Shown: piece after piece, positions 12,546 to 26,152 of the stretch
Position numbering within the stretch: the first letter of the stretch is position 1
Layout: every line of letters starts with the position of its first letter
Assembly (NCBI GenBank): GCA_964016885.1
Contig: OZ024741.1
Coordinates: 281,914,001 to 281,978,000, forward strand
Direction of reading: 5' to 3'
Source of the DNA: Eledone cirrhosa
Lineage: Eukaryota
Length of the DNA: 64,000 nt
Notes under the pieces: model-generated
What the model was told of the DNA's origin: nothing
What the model saw: the letters and a program-made list of their open reading frames with translations, nothing else
Databases searched by the model: none
Translations under genes and position numbers: made by a program

Positions 12546-12550
<5 letters not shown>
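11800..12550 (+). repeat. Tandem ~430-bp hammerhead-bearing non-coding repeat (about 1.7 units)
   Basis: TGCAAATTAG at 11811 and 12241 gives a 430-bp period; the same family recurs at 62370-63093. Confidence 0.9.
12322..12364 (+). ncRNA. Minimal type I hammerhead ribozyme
   Basis: ACGTTG-CTGACGA-T-AGCT-AATA-AGCT-T-GAAA-CTAG-TA^-CAGCGT: 6-bp stem I, stem II, palindromic stem III, GUA cleavage triplet. Confidence 0.8.
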
Positions 12551-12611
<61 letters not shown>

Positions 12612-12908
12612 AAAGTATGTCCATAGAATCATTTGATAAAATATATACACCATTTCCTCTCCCAATCAGCATAATCAACCACACAAAAAACCAATTAAAC
12701 CAGGCTATAAGATTAAAAGACACCTATGAAGAAATAATAGATAAATAAACGACAGCTATCTATTCGCGATCAACAGCCATAGAATATTTACCCAGCATTT
12801 CCAATAGCACGTGGGAATCAATTAAATATATCGTCAACCATACACAATTAGGTATACAATCAAAGTTAGAAGAAAAAGAAAAAATGTATATAAACATACC
12901 AAAATTAC

Positions 12909-12990
12909 GTTTCTACCCCATGGGCTTTCATTCGCTTTTGGAAATATCCGATCAAGGATAAATTCACGAGCTTCGAAATCATCAGGAAAC
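12909..12990 (-). ncRNA. Type I hammerhead-like motif with long stem II (inverted copy of 13546-13627)
   Basis: Reverse complement reads GTTTC-CTGATGA-TTTCG..CGAAT-GAAA-GCCCATGGGG-TA-GAAAC. Confidence 0.6.
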
Positions 12991-13545
12991 AAACTCACTT
13001 GAACGAAGATTTTTCTTAAATGATCCCCGCCAGAAACGAATTCAAAATGGCTGAGAACTGTAACGTGGCAGTGGTCAAGTGAGAAAGAATGTGACTGGTG
13101 CCTTACGGCGAGTAGGTGTCTTTTAATCTTATAGCCTGGTTTAATTGGTTTTTTGTGTGGTTGATTATGCTGATTGGGAGAGGAAATGGTGTATATATTT
13201 TATCAAATGATTCTATGGATATACTTTATTATATATTGCTCTGATTGTTGATTATTTAATTAATTAATTCGTCATTGAGCCACATCGTGAATGGTTGCCA
13301 AAAACATATATATATATATATATATGACTTCCTCTAGTTTGTGTATATGTAAATCTTTATATTTGATAATCTCCCATATGGTTGAGATGCAATATTAGGC
13401 TGCGCTTTCTAGCAACCAGCCCACTCGCCGTAAGGCACCAATCATATTCTTTCTCACTTGATCACTGCCACGTCACAGTCCTTAGCCATTTTGAATTCGT
13501 TTCTGGCGGGGATCATTTAAGAAAAATCTTCGTCCAAGTGAGTTT

Positions 13546-13627
13546 GTTTCCTGATGATTTCGAAGCTCATGAATTTATCCTTGATCGGATATTTCCAAAA
13601 GCGAATGAAAGCCCATGGGGTAGAAAC
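13546..13627 (+). ncRNA. Type I hammerhead-like motif with long stem II
   Basis: GTTTC/GAAAC stem I, CTGATGA, TTCG/CGAA stem II with inner TATCC/GGATA hairpin, GAAA, near-palindromic GCCCATGGGG, GUA site; one mismatch in stem III. Confidence 0.6.
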
Positions 13628-14356
13628 GTAATTTTGGTATGTTTATATACATTTTTTCTTTTTCTTCTAACTTTGATTTTATACCTAATTGTGTATGGTT
13701 GACGATATATTTAAGCGATTCCCACGTGCTATTGGAAATGCTGGTTAAATATTCTATGGCTGTTGATCGCGAATAGATAGCTGTCGTTTATTTATCTATT
13801 ATTTCTTCATAGGTGTCTTTTACTCTTATAGCCTGGTTTAATTGGTTTTTTGTGTGGTTGATTATGCTGATTGGGAGAGGAAACGGTGTATATATTTTAT
13901 CAAGTGATTCTATGGACATACTTTATTGTATATTGCTCTGATTGTTGATTATTTAATTAATTAATTCGTCATTGAACCACATCGTGAATGGTTGCCAAAA
14001 ACATATATATATATATATCTATATATCTATGACTTTCTCTAGTTTGTGTATATGTAAATCTTTATATATATATATACTTCGTTTTTGAATTTGTTTTGCA
14101 AGATTTCTTATCTGAAAACGTGTGTTGAAACAGATATTGTTATACTTTGGGAGCGTCATGCTGCCAATAAAAACACACGCACCTGTTGGTTTTCACTTCT
14201 ATTTATTATAAATTTCCGGTTGGTTGGTTGGCTGGTTGGTTAGTTGGTTTGATAACCGAATGGGTTTTTATATATTGTCAAAGCACTTTCTGTTTATATA
14301 TTGTCAAAGCTCTTTCTGTAGGATAGAACAAAGGCGAGACACAAAACAAAAACCCA

Positions 14357-14399
14357 GTCACTGAGGAGGCCACAGAATGTGTGACGAAAGAGCTTTGAC
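14357..14399 (+). ncRNA. Minimal type I hammerhead motif inside an inverted-repeat module (~14085-14530)
   Basis: GTCA-CTGAGGA-GGCCACA-GAA-TGTGTGAC-GAAA-GAGC-TT-TGAC; stem II is imperfect. Confidence 0.6.
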
Positions 14400-14543
14400 A
14401 ATATACAAACAACCATCTGCTTATTAAACCAACCAACCAACCAACCAAAAGTTTATAATAAATTGAAGTGGAAACCAACAGGTGCGTGTGTTTTTATTGG
14501 CAGCATGACCCTCCCAAAGTATAACAATATATATATATGTATA

Positions 14544-14585
<42 letters not shown>

Positions 14586-14593
14586 TATGTATA

Positions 14594-14666
<73 letters not shown>

Positions 14667-14684
14667 GTACATGTATATATACTA

Positions 14685-15076
14685 GACCTGAAAAAGGCGC
14701 AAGCTCAAAAGAGCCACAGAATCATTATCTATTGTACACTCTGTGGCATCCTTTTATAAAAAAAGAGACTGAGACTCATAACGAACTCAAGACGACACGA
14801 TAATTATTTAAGCTCATTTTCAATATCTCATATTAGATGTTTAGTAATGATTAATACGAAATGCACTTAAACCGAACTCTATATTATAAATTCACTTAAA
14901 TAATTATCGTGTCGTCTTGAGTTCGTTATGAGTCTCGTTTTTATAAAAGGATGCCACAGAGTGTACGATAGATAATGATTACAATATTTTTTAGCAACAA
15001 CTCTAGTCCCACACTTTTGAAGGTTTATTATAACATTCTGTGGCTCTTTTGAGCTTGCGCATTTTTCAGGTCTAGT
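14685..15076. repeat. Inverted-repeat module next to (TA)n
   Basis: 14685-14808 matches 14900-14980 and 15035-15076 in reverse complement. Confidence 0.75.
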
Positions 15077-15510
15077 TTAATATTTTTTAAGGCAACGCTT
15101 GTAATAACTCTAGTTAAACATGATATATATTAATAATAAATTATCGTTGTAATGTAATTAGATTATATAATTGTTATTTTATAAATGATCTTATAAATAT
15201 TATTGTAAGATGTATACAAATATTTTCAGACTTTTAATAGTTAATATAAATTTAAAAAATCATATATAAAGTAACAATATAACTTACCAAAACGAGAAAA
15301 ATATTTTGATGATAAACGACGAAATACTGGAGGAAGATTCGAAAGCGAAACGATAAATAAACGTGCAAACAAAGTGGCGGATGCTTTTGAGCAACAATTA
15401 CTCTCGTTGGTTGATTAGCCAATAAGACGATACAAATTTTTATTCACAAGCTACGCTTGTATGTCAGACATGCAGACTTAAAACATTCTGTTGTTAGTCA
15501 CTGCATGTCT

Positions 15511-16445
<935 letters not shown>

Positions 16446-16572
16446 AAAGTTATATTTAAATTGTTGGGTTACAACTAGTAAATATTAATAACTGATATAA
16501 AAGCACTCGACAAGTATTTGGAGTATATTTACGATATTAAATAAATGGAAACTATATTTATAAAACCATATT

Positions 16573-16638
16573 TATTTCATTATATATATTTCAGGGATAT
16601 CATATTAACAATATGCTATGCCTTCCTCAGACAAAATA
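16573..16638 (-). ncRNA. Type I hammerhead ribozyme (TATATATA stem III family)
   Basis: TATTTTGT-CTGAGGA-AGGCATAGCATATT-GTT-AATATGATATCCCT-GAAA-TATATA-TA^-ATGAAATA. Confidence 0.75.
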
Positions 16639-17491
16639 CAATATAAACAGTTTTATAGATAAATAGATTTGACATACCGTACAACATCGACTTGTATTTG
16701 AAAAGTTGAATTGGCAGTGAAAAAATTGTAAACAGAAAGAAAGAAAGAGAGAAAAAAAAGGAAAGAAAGACAGAAAACGAAGAAAAAGAAGAAAAAGAAG
16801 AAATGCATGGAACAAAATAGAGAGATGGAAAGATAGATAAAGAGAAGAACTTCATGTAAAGAAACAGAGAGATATATATATATAGAGAGAGGAAATAGAT
16901 AGAGATAGATATATATATAGAAAAATATGTAGTTGGACATCCGTTGAGTAAACGTATCAATGATACATTTATTTATTTATTTATTTATTTAGCTCTAGTA
17001 TTAATGTAAGGGAGATATATGTGGTTAGGAGAGAAACCAGCTGTTATATAGAGAGAAAAATGAAAAGTAACCAGACATAGGCGAGGCATAAAAACCCTAT
17101 GTTTTAATGTAGAAGTATTAATATGTATAAAAACCAGGCACTATATTGAAAATATCAGTATTCCTGAATGAGACACGTATCCATAATGTGTGAAAAGTAA
17201 TGATCTTATGTTTAGTTTTAAAAAATTCATATGTTTATATGATAACTACAAACATCGATGTGAATTTACATGATCAACTCTGCAAACCCTAAGTTCACAC
17301 GGAAAACATTCTCATTGTGTTATAAAAATTTAAGTATACACATATGTGTATATATATACACATATATATATAGAGTCTATATTACTACTATTCTTGTCTT
17401 TACTCTACAAGATTATCTATCAAGCAGAAATAGAGAGCAGATTTCAATATATTAATAAAAAATATATCAGAAACAAAAACCAAAAAACAAC

Positions 17492-17524
<33 letters not shown>

Positions 17525-17959
17525 ATAATAAAATAGAAAACTAAAACATATTACGAAAAAAATATTACATATTAAAAATAAAAATAAAAATATTAGAAAA
17601 TACTACAATAATAAAAATAAACCACAAAGATCAACCCTTCAAAATTAATTGACAATATATTGCCAAGTTCATTATAAGCATCAGAGTCGAAAACAGATAA
17701 AGCTAAAAATTATTTATCAAATCGCATCTAGCAAAAATCATTTCAAAAAGTTTAGGATGCCCATTTGGTCTACATGTGTTCTTATATTTAATATAGAAGT
17801 TTATCTAGTGTAACGTTCATTCGAAATATTTGGAGCATCAACTTTTAGGGTAGTTTAATTTTTCATGAAGAATGTTTAAATAAAAATAAAAATAAAAAGA
17901 AGAATAAAAAGAAGAAATCGAAAGATTTATCGGCTAGTTTCCCAAATAATTATAAATCA

Positions 17960-18900
17960 AACTAAATATACTATATTTTAAATTTAAATTTATATTTAAA
18001 AGTTGAGTTTAATCTATGTTTGCAGCAACTGAATAAATTTGTCCGTAGATTAAGGGAATTTTTAGATTTTAGTATAAAGAATATCTCCTCTGCGCAGAGG
18101 TCACATGTCTCAGAGGATGAATTAAAAGGAATCCCTCTTGAGACTATATTCCAAGCCGTCGAATATCTAACGTTATCTAGCTTAAGTTGCCAGAGTACGC
18201 CTGATAGTGCCGTTGAAGATTTTTTGCTTGGATCTGTGAAAGAATTCTTGTGGTTATTATAGCGAAGTTTAAATTCCGTCGATGTGGAACCGACGTAGTT
18301 AAAAGAATTAGAATCAGTTTTAACATTACAATTGTATACTATATTTTTAACTAAGCAGTTGTTATTTAACGGACATTTAGATCTATCTCTACAGTTACAT
18401 TTGTTAACTTGTATATTATTTATGCTATTATCACTAGGTTTTAAGTTCCTATTATTTATTCTATTAATATTTTGTGCTAAATTTTTGGTGGATGAGTAGG
18501 TTAATTTTATAGTATGTCTATTGAAAATTGATGTGTTCTAGGGAAGCGATTATCAAGAGCTTTAAAAAATAGTTTAGCGATGTGGGTTTTAATGTTTAGT
18601 GAGAAAAGGGGGGGGGGGGGGCAAACCAAATTATGTTCCTAGTTCTATTTCTTTTTTGGCCCTTGGAATTATTGTAAAGCTTTCTATTATAGTTGTTAAG
18701 GTTGTTGCCGTAATTAAAATAGTTGTTATTTTGTTTAGTTTGTCTATCATTATCTATGTACATAATCTTATCAGTATATCCTGCTCTAGCTAACGCTTCA
18801 TTGTAGTACTGGGCTTTTTCGTCGAAAATCTTTCTATTAGACGAGATTCTAGAGATACGTTTTTGAACAGAGTTTACTATAGTGTTTTTGACAATTTTGA
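17960..18900 (-). pseudogene. Penelope-like element, RT thumb plus GIY-YIG region (not in the ORF track)
   Basis: Hand translation IFDEKAQYYNEALARAGYTDKIMY..KCNCRDRSKCPLNNNCLVKNIVYNCNVKT..NYVGSTSTEFKLRYNNHKNSF..CDLCAEE..LNLRTNLFSCCKHR; homologous to 8830-10025. Confidence 0.85.
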
Positions 18901-18902
18901 GA

Positions 18903-20252
18903 AGCTACAAAATTTCCTGGCTTCTCTCCCAGGTCCTCAAGCCTCTACTCTCCACCTTCCCCGGACATGCCAGTAGCTCCGACGAAGTTATACGTAGATT
19001 ACACCAACTCCAGCCAGAACAACTTAAACTAAATAAATACGCTTTTAGCCTCGACGTTGTCTCCCTCTACACTACAGTCCCCGCTCACCCAGCTGTCGAT
19101 TTATTGACGGACTGCGTGGTCGCAGAGAACATCCACTGCTACGGCCTCCACCCGACGGACATACACCAGCTTTTGTCCTTCACAGTAGACAACACGTACT
19201 TCACCTTCCACCACCACAGATACAGACAGACAACAGGATTACCCATGGGATCCAGCCTTTCGGGCCTGCTGGCCATCACTTACATGAACCAGCTAGAATG
19301 CCGAGCCCTCAACACCTGCCATTCCCATGCCTTCTTCACCCGATATGTAGATGACATACTCATCCTTACATCATCCCGTGAGGAGGCAGAGAAAATATAC
19401 ACAACATTCTCCAGCATGGACGCCAGTATAAAGTTCAGCATGGAACACCCCGATGACCGCGGATCCCTATCCCTACTGGACTTCCAACTCAGGGTAACAG
19501 AGGAAGGCAACATCCACACCTGCTTCTATAAAAAATCCGCCAGCAGGGACCTGTTCGTACATTTCAGATCGGCCCTCCCACTCGGTGCCAAATTCGGATA
19601 CATAAAGAACGAACTGGCACGTATCAAGAACAAATGCACCGACGCCAGAGACCGAGACACACACACCACACATTTCCTGGAAGTACTCAAACTGAACGGA
19701 TACACGACATCCACCACAAACCGTGCCAGAAAGAACAGAGGACACCACACCCGAGGCACTAACACTTGCTTCCTGAAGCTCCCACACTTCAGTGAAGAAA
19801 CAACAACAGCCATCCGCAGAGCCATCAGACGAGAGGGACTGGATATCCAACTGGCCCACTCGGGCCCTTCTTTGCGCGGACGGCTGGCTAAGAGACACTC
19901 CACCAGACATGACAACTGCTGCAGACTAGCCAACTGCCCCATCAACGACACAGACCTATGCCACCAGGCTTACGTAGTATACAGACTAGAGTGTGACAAA
20001 TGCAACAACTTCTACGTAGGTAGCACCACCAGACCACTCCACATAAGAATAAAAGAACACCTCAATACTAACGCTTCCTCATTTAAGAAACACCTAGTTA
20101 AATGCAAAAACACCGATAAAAACATAACAGTTAGGATAGAAACTAAGGAAAGAAACCTCGGCAATCTTAGAATTAAGGAAGCACTTATTATAGATAGAAC
20201 ACATCCACCAATCAATAATAGACTAGAGCTCAACACCCAATTTATAACCTGA
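18903..20252 (+). CDS. Penelope-like element RT plus C-terminal GIY-YIG endonuclease, 5'-truncated but open
   Basis: FSLDVVSLYT, GLPMGSSLS, RYVDDI, LSLLDF, YVVYRLECDKCNNFYVGSTTRPLHIRIKEH, IKEALII..PPINN. The ORF-track start at 18882 lies in the neighbouring element. Confidence 0.93.
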   Translation, partial: SYKISWLLSQVLKPLLSTFPGHASSSDEVIRRLHQLQPEQLKLNKYAFSLDVVSLYTTVPAHPAVDLLTDCVVAENIHCYGLHPTDIHQLLSFTVDNTYFTFHHHRYRQTTGLPMGSSLSGLLAITYMNQLECRALNTCHSHAFFTRYVDDILILTSSREEAEKIYTTFSSMDASIKFSMEHPDDRGSLSLLDFQLRVTEEGNIHTCFYKKSASRDLFVHFRSALPLGAKFGYIKNELARIKNKCTDARDRDTHTTHFLEVLKLNGYTTSTTNRARKNRGHHTRGTNTCFLKLPHFSEETTTAIRRAIRREGLDIQLAHSGPSLRGRLAKRHSTRHDNCCRLANCPINDTDLCHQAYVVYRLECDKCNNFYVGSTTRPLHIRIKEHLNTNASSFKKHLVKCKNTDKNITVRIETKERNLGNLRIKEALIIDRTHPPINNRLELNTQFIT

Positions 20253-20650
20253 TAGGGCCTCTAGCCCCATTTTTACACACCCCACACACACGCACGCGCA
20301 CACCTCCACTTATTCTCTCTCACACATACACACACAAAACCAGTTCTAACACCAGATAACACCTACCCCCACTTTTACGATTAGACCTATCTTCCCACAC
20401 TCACACACACACACACCCACATACCTACACCTTCATGCATTCTCCCACACACATATACAGGCACGTATATAAAATTAAAAAAAAATAAAAAATAAAAAAA
20501 CCTAAACAAACCCCTCTTAAAGGGAGACTACTCTTTATCCACCACCTAATTTTAATTCTTTGATATTAGAGTTAGAACAGATACTCTATACTATTTCCGG
20601 TCAGCATGGCTTGGCTAGAGATTTAAAGACGCTGGTTTGAGACCTTTACT

Positions 20651-20688
20651 TCCCTCCGAAGAAGAGATATTATCTCGAAAATTAAGGA
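20651..20688 (+). ncRNA. Variant hammerhead in the 3' repeat of the 18.9-20.25 kb PLE
   Basis: CCT-CCGAAGA-A-GAGATA-T-TATCTC-GAAA-AT-TA-AGG; the core has C in place of U4. Confidence 0.5.
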
Positions 20689-20849
20689 CATTTAAATAAA
20701 TTCAAGGTGAAAGACGAATTCACATCAATATCTTTCACTATTGCATTCTTTTTTTCTATGTCCATACCTGCATTGTCTTGGCCTTATTACACATATTCAA
20801 ACGTTTATACCTCATTACACAATGCTTCAAGTGAACTATAACCTCCTCC

Positions 20850-20881
<32 letters not shown>

Positions 20882-21749
20882 TATAAAGGTTAAACAAGGT
20901 TCAATGAATAAATCAAAGAATGAGTTTTACAATAGATTGGAAGCGCTCAACAGAAATGGTTTTCCGGAGTTATTAATATTAATATATATTAATTAATAGT
21001 AACTTGAATTAAAATTAATATTAATTCTTTATCACAACTTATATGGTCGTTAAAAGACAAAAATTTAAAATACTCGATTTCTTGGTCGAAGCTGTGTAAT
21101 AGTCGAATATACTCGAATTCGTCAGTATCACCTAACTGCAATCTCTGTACAATGGAGACCCTATTAATAATTAATAATTATGATAATTTAATTAACAAAA
21201 AAAGTGAATTATTCTCAAATTGCCTTCATAAAGCTTCCTCTACATTCCAAGCCTCGCAAAAAGTCAGGAAAAAACACTAAATAAATACATTCTAATTTTT
21301 AACGTCTAGTATCAACTGAGTGCGTAAAATGTTATATTAATTTTTTTACTCATTTATGATATGATAATTGTTAGATTAAGGGTTCTATATAAATATATTA
21401 ACATATAGATTGTTAACACGATCTCTTGATGAATATCCATATTTTTTTTATTGTGTAGATACATTTAATTTGATTGGGATTCTTGTATTTTTAAAAAATA
21501 TATAGCTTATATGGTTGACAGCTGTAATGAACCGTAAACAATTCATGCTTTTATGTATTTATTCTTTTGGAGTATGTTAGTTTTAAGATTCAAGATGTTT
21601 GATTTATATATTTATATTTGTTTATATATATGTATGGTATATGCGTCGTACACAATCCTAGTCGACAAACTTTTTCCACTTAACTTGATGTAAAACTTCA
21701 ATTATAACTTTACTAACACTGTTTTTATTATTTATTTATTATATGTATA

Positions 21750-22555
21750 TGGATCACTAATATTGTCTTGAGTTCCAAACAGAATACTCTGTATATATTT
21801 GGACAAATGTGAATATTTGGTTTAATAACAGGCTTCTAGCTACATTTATAAGTACTTTAGATACTTAAGGACATTCTAGTGTTATAATTGTTAAATATTT
21901 TCTAAATTATATAACAATTATTATTTTTTAATTTAATTAAATTAGGGTTACCTTCGGGTCGATGAACATCTTAAGTTTTCTCTTTCTCATGTTTGCAGAC
22001 ACTTTAAATATGATACTATACTACTATATAGATCCTTAAAAATGTTCTTGTATTATAAATTATATAGATTAAATATTTGGTACTTATATGATTGCAAACA
22101 ATTTACTTATTTATTTTGAATCTAGTTCGTTTCCTTATGATTCATGAAATGTTTATAGTATATATGTATTACATAATCCTAAGATACAATAATTGATCTA
22201 AAACCTTAATTGTAACAATATTAACAGTAGCTGATATTGTATTATATTAGGTTATGTATAACTGACTAATATCGTCTTGAAATTTAGACAATATACTCTT
22301 TGTATATATTTAGACAAATGCATATAATAACTTTTTTAAGTTTAATTATAAGGCCTTTAGATGCTTTAGGGCATTCTAATTGTTAATTTTAAATTTTTAA
22401 AGTTATAACTGTAATTATTTTCTAAATTATATAATGAGAATTATTTTAGCATGGGAAAATAATATGAGATAATATAATTTAATATGGTTTACCTTCGTGT
22501 GGATGAAAATACTAAGTTTCTTTCTCATGTTTGAAAATACTTTAAAAATGATTTT
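21750..22555 (+). repeat. Old diverged tandem duplication, period ~510-540 bp
   Basis: Shared blocks such as ACTAATAT.GTCTTGA, GTATATATTT.GACAAATG and ACCTTCG...GATGAA..TAAGTTT..TTTCTCATGTTTG at ~21755-22015 and ~22265-22552. Confidence 0.65.
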
Positions 22556-23195
22556 ATAAATTGAAATTAAATATGTTAGTATACTTTAATATTAATATAG
22601 ACATTTATAAACTTTTATAGCCTGAAATATTATACCTTTAGATTAATCCATTATTCGAAATTTAACGGTCAGCCGGATAAGTTTGGATATATATAGTGTA
22701 TATAAATAATTGAGGACTCGAAATTAAACTCTCATATAATTACACCCAGATATATTTAATATTTAGATAGATGGATACTTCTAGATAATTCAAAGATTCG
22801 AGTTTACTCTTTCACATAGCTATACCCAAATGTATATTCATGTATTTATCTATGCTTTATACTATAAAAATTATTCCCCTTTGTCTCTCTATCCTTGATC
22901 AATTCTCTTTTGCTTTCTATACTTCTAGTAACTATATTTTTTCCTCATCTGTTTCTCTCTGTCTTTCTTCTTTCTTTCTTCTTTCTTCAATAATTTAAAT
23001 TATTTGAATCTCTAACAGTTATGTAAACTGCTATTATGTAGTTTTAAGCTTTCTCACATGCACCCTGTGTATTATATGTAAATTTTTTCATGTCTCAATC
23101 TTAAGGTATATAAATATTAAGTCTTGTCATATCATATTCACTACCATGACTGAATCTTAACCATCTACTATGTCAGGGTATGTCATGCATCATCT

Positions 23196-23262
23196 TATTT
23201 TATCTGATGAGGATGTACTGTTGAAGATAGCTCAGTACCTCTGAAATATGTATAATAAAATA
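23196..23262 (+). ncRNA. Type I hammerhead ribozyme (TATATATA stem III family)
   Basis: TATTTTAT-CTGATGA-GGATGTACTG..CAGTACCTCT-GAAA-TATGTA-TA^-ATAAAATA; perfect 8-bp stem I. Confidence 0.75.
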
Positions 23263-23345
23263 TACTTGATCACACGAATGTCTATTTTTGTTAATATTTT
23301 GAATTAATATATATATATATATATATACGTATATGTACATATGTA

Positions 23346-23381
<36 letters not shown>

Positions 23382-23395
23382 CGTTTATGTATATA

Positions 23396-23447
<52 letters not shown>

Positions 23448-23531
23448 AAAGGTAAACAGAAATAACAACACAATTGGCACAGTATATGGAAGTGATATAT
23501 TAGGTTAACACTTGATATAGCAGGAAGAGGG

Positions 23532-23574
<43 letters not shown>

Positions 23575-23794
23575 GTAGGAGGATAAACAGGGATATATAT
23601 ATATATATACACACAGTTCAAGAGTAACCAATCTTAAAGAGATAGATGGAGATAGGTGAAATAATTGTAAACGGACATTATTATTATTAATATTATTATT
23701 ATTCTCTACATTCCTTACATCAAACTAAAATATGTTGACAATCTTTTAATAATGTCTTCCTTGTGAAATTTGTGGTCTTGTTTTGCTTAACTAA

Positions 23795-23851
<57 letters not shown>

Positions 23852-24430
23852 GGAGAATAAACAACCAAAATTCTTGAAAATGTTCAGAGAGTGGGATTGG
23901 CTTTGTGCAAACCCTTTCTCCACTTAAAAAACCTTCAAGCACAGGCATTGCTTCATATGTGACAGTTTTTGTGATGCATGATATAGCTGGTCATTGGCAA
24001 GTCCCTAGCAGGACTAAAAAGCCATGTCTATGATGCTCATGCTTAAGTATTGCACGATGGCAATACTTGAAATCGAGTTGCAGCCATTATATATATATAT
24101 ACATATATATATAAATGCATAAACGTATACAGCAGGGAAAATGGACATAAAATGATGGTGGTGGTTGTGGGAGGGAGGGGGGGGGGGGGGGTGATTATGA
24201 TTCAAACATTGCATAAAATTTATGTATCAACCTTTTGTTTCTTGATTGTAACCACACATTCTGTGTGTGTATGTATATGTCTGTTTGTTTGTTTGTGTGT
24301 GTATGTGAGTGAGGGATGGTGGTGGCACATCATTCGGGCTATTGTTTATAGGTTGTGCATGATAGGACGCTGTCACCCATATAGCCATTTAGAAGTTTGT
24401 TGAATTTATTGGGAAAAGACTGATAATAAA

Positions 24431-24856
24431 ATAATTGTTTCTACTTTTGGCACAAGGCCAGCAATTACCCAGTTCATTACTGGTACTTTTTTTTATCGAC
24501 CCGGTAAGGATGAAAGGCAAAGTTAACCTCGACGGGATTTGAACTCAGACCGTAAAGGGACGTAACTATGCTGGAAAGTATGGCGTCCGACCCTCTACCA
24601 ATACTGCCAATCCACCGCCCTCTGCTACTAATAAAATAATGGTGTCTGATTTGGGCACAAGGTCAACAATTTTGGGGGTGAGAAAAGTCAATTAAATAAA
24701 TCTCAGTGTGTTACTGGTACTTTATTTTATCAACCCTGAAAGAATGAAAGGCAAAGCTAACCTCAACAGAATTTGAACTTAGAATGTAAAGGGACGTAAG
24801 TACATACCACAAAGCATGTTGTCTAATGCTCTACTGATATTGCCAATTCACTGCCC
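24431..24856 (-). mobile_element. Two adjacent family A SINE copies (24431-24620 and 24641-24856)
   Basis: Reverse complement of the 4332-4520 consensus. Confidence 0.9.
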
Positions 24857-26152
24857 TACTGAAAACAAAATAATAATAATTATAATCTTTGTCATATGTT
24901 GGTTTTTTTTTTGGTTTTTTTTCATGCTAGCATGGGTTGGATAAGTTATTACAGACCAAATCAGCACTTAATCAGAGCTACAGTTCTTGTAGGTGATCCA
25001 GGAGCCATGACTTATCTATATTTGTAATCGTTTTGGCATGTTTTCTACCATGGGATGCCCTTTCAAATGCCAATCGTTTTACAGTGAACAAGGTACATTT
25101 TATTATAGCATCAGCACTAGAAAAGGTGTTATGTCCTTGACACAACTGAGGAGTTCTGGAAACGCTTTGTTTAGCTTGGATCCTTTGGGTAAATGCTCTT
25201 CATAATGCCAACTGCTTTACAGAGTTTACTAAATGCATTTTATGCAAATAACACTGTACAACTAGAATTTTATATTAACATTCGTCTGAGGTGTTACATT
25301 CCACAGAGCAGTGATGCAACTGAGCAGTTTAGTGGTAAACTGTTATGGCTACCTATCTATCATTTGTGAAGTGAGATAATGTATCCAAGGGATAAAGAAA
25401 GTTTGGTAATGAGTAGCTCTAATTCTGGCCACGGATAATGGACAGAATTGATGAAACATCTTAGGCAGAAGACCATGAAATAGCTTAGAGGTATAGAAAA
25501 TGATTTAATCCATGCAAACATGGAAAAATTGATGTTAAATGATGATGGAGATGATGATGATGATGGTGGTAGTGGTGGTGTTCATGGTGATGGTGGTGGT
25601 GGTGACCATGATGACGGTGATGGTGATGATGATGATGATGATGAAAGTTAAACAAAATTCTTCCAAAAATGAAAAGTAGGTAAATATAGTCAGATATAAT
25701 TGGATGATACAATGGAGGTTATTTCAGGCTAATCCTTACTGTTTGTATTTGAAATTTCTCAAGAGAATATTCCTAAGAGAAATTTAGTGCAGCCCAAATT
25801 GGAGAGTCCTACTCAAATTGAAGGAGAATGTAGCTTTTGTATATTTGTAGAAGCATGGCTTCATCAGGCAAGTAATGTGATAGTTGGCATAGTAAAAACA
25901 GGTGAGATGAAACCATTTGTGCCAACATTGTCAAGTTCTCAGAGTCTGGAAGCTGGGCAAAATCCCAACAATTCTAAAAAATCAACAAAAACTCAAATGA
26001 AGTAGAATTATACCAACTCACTTTCCTCTGCCCCCACCCTGCCACCACCACCCAGGCAATGAATAGGTAGATTTGTTCAAGCATCAGACAAAATGTCTTG
26101 CTGTATTTATTTTGACTCCATGCTATCTGGGTTCAAACCCTGCAGATGTTAA

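Larger units (their letters stand above)
12606..14065. repeat. Inverted plus direct repeat complex of PLE terminal-repeat type with two hammerhead copies
   Basis: 12606-13112 is inverted relative to ~13423-13930; 13113-13325 is directly repeated at ~13750-14060; flanked by (TA)n. Confidence 0.8.

Noticed and set aside
14688-14720. Hammerhead-like CTGAAAA..CAAAA; similar weak cores at 17164, 57498, 63419 and 63548
   Set aside because: Two or more core positions or whole stems are missing.
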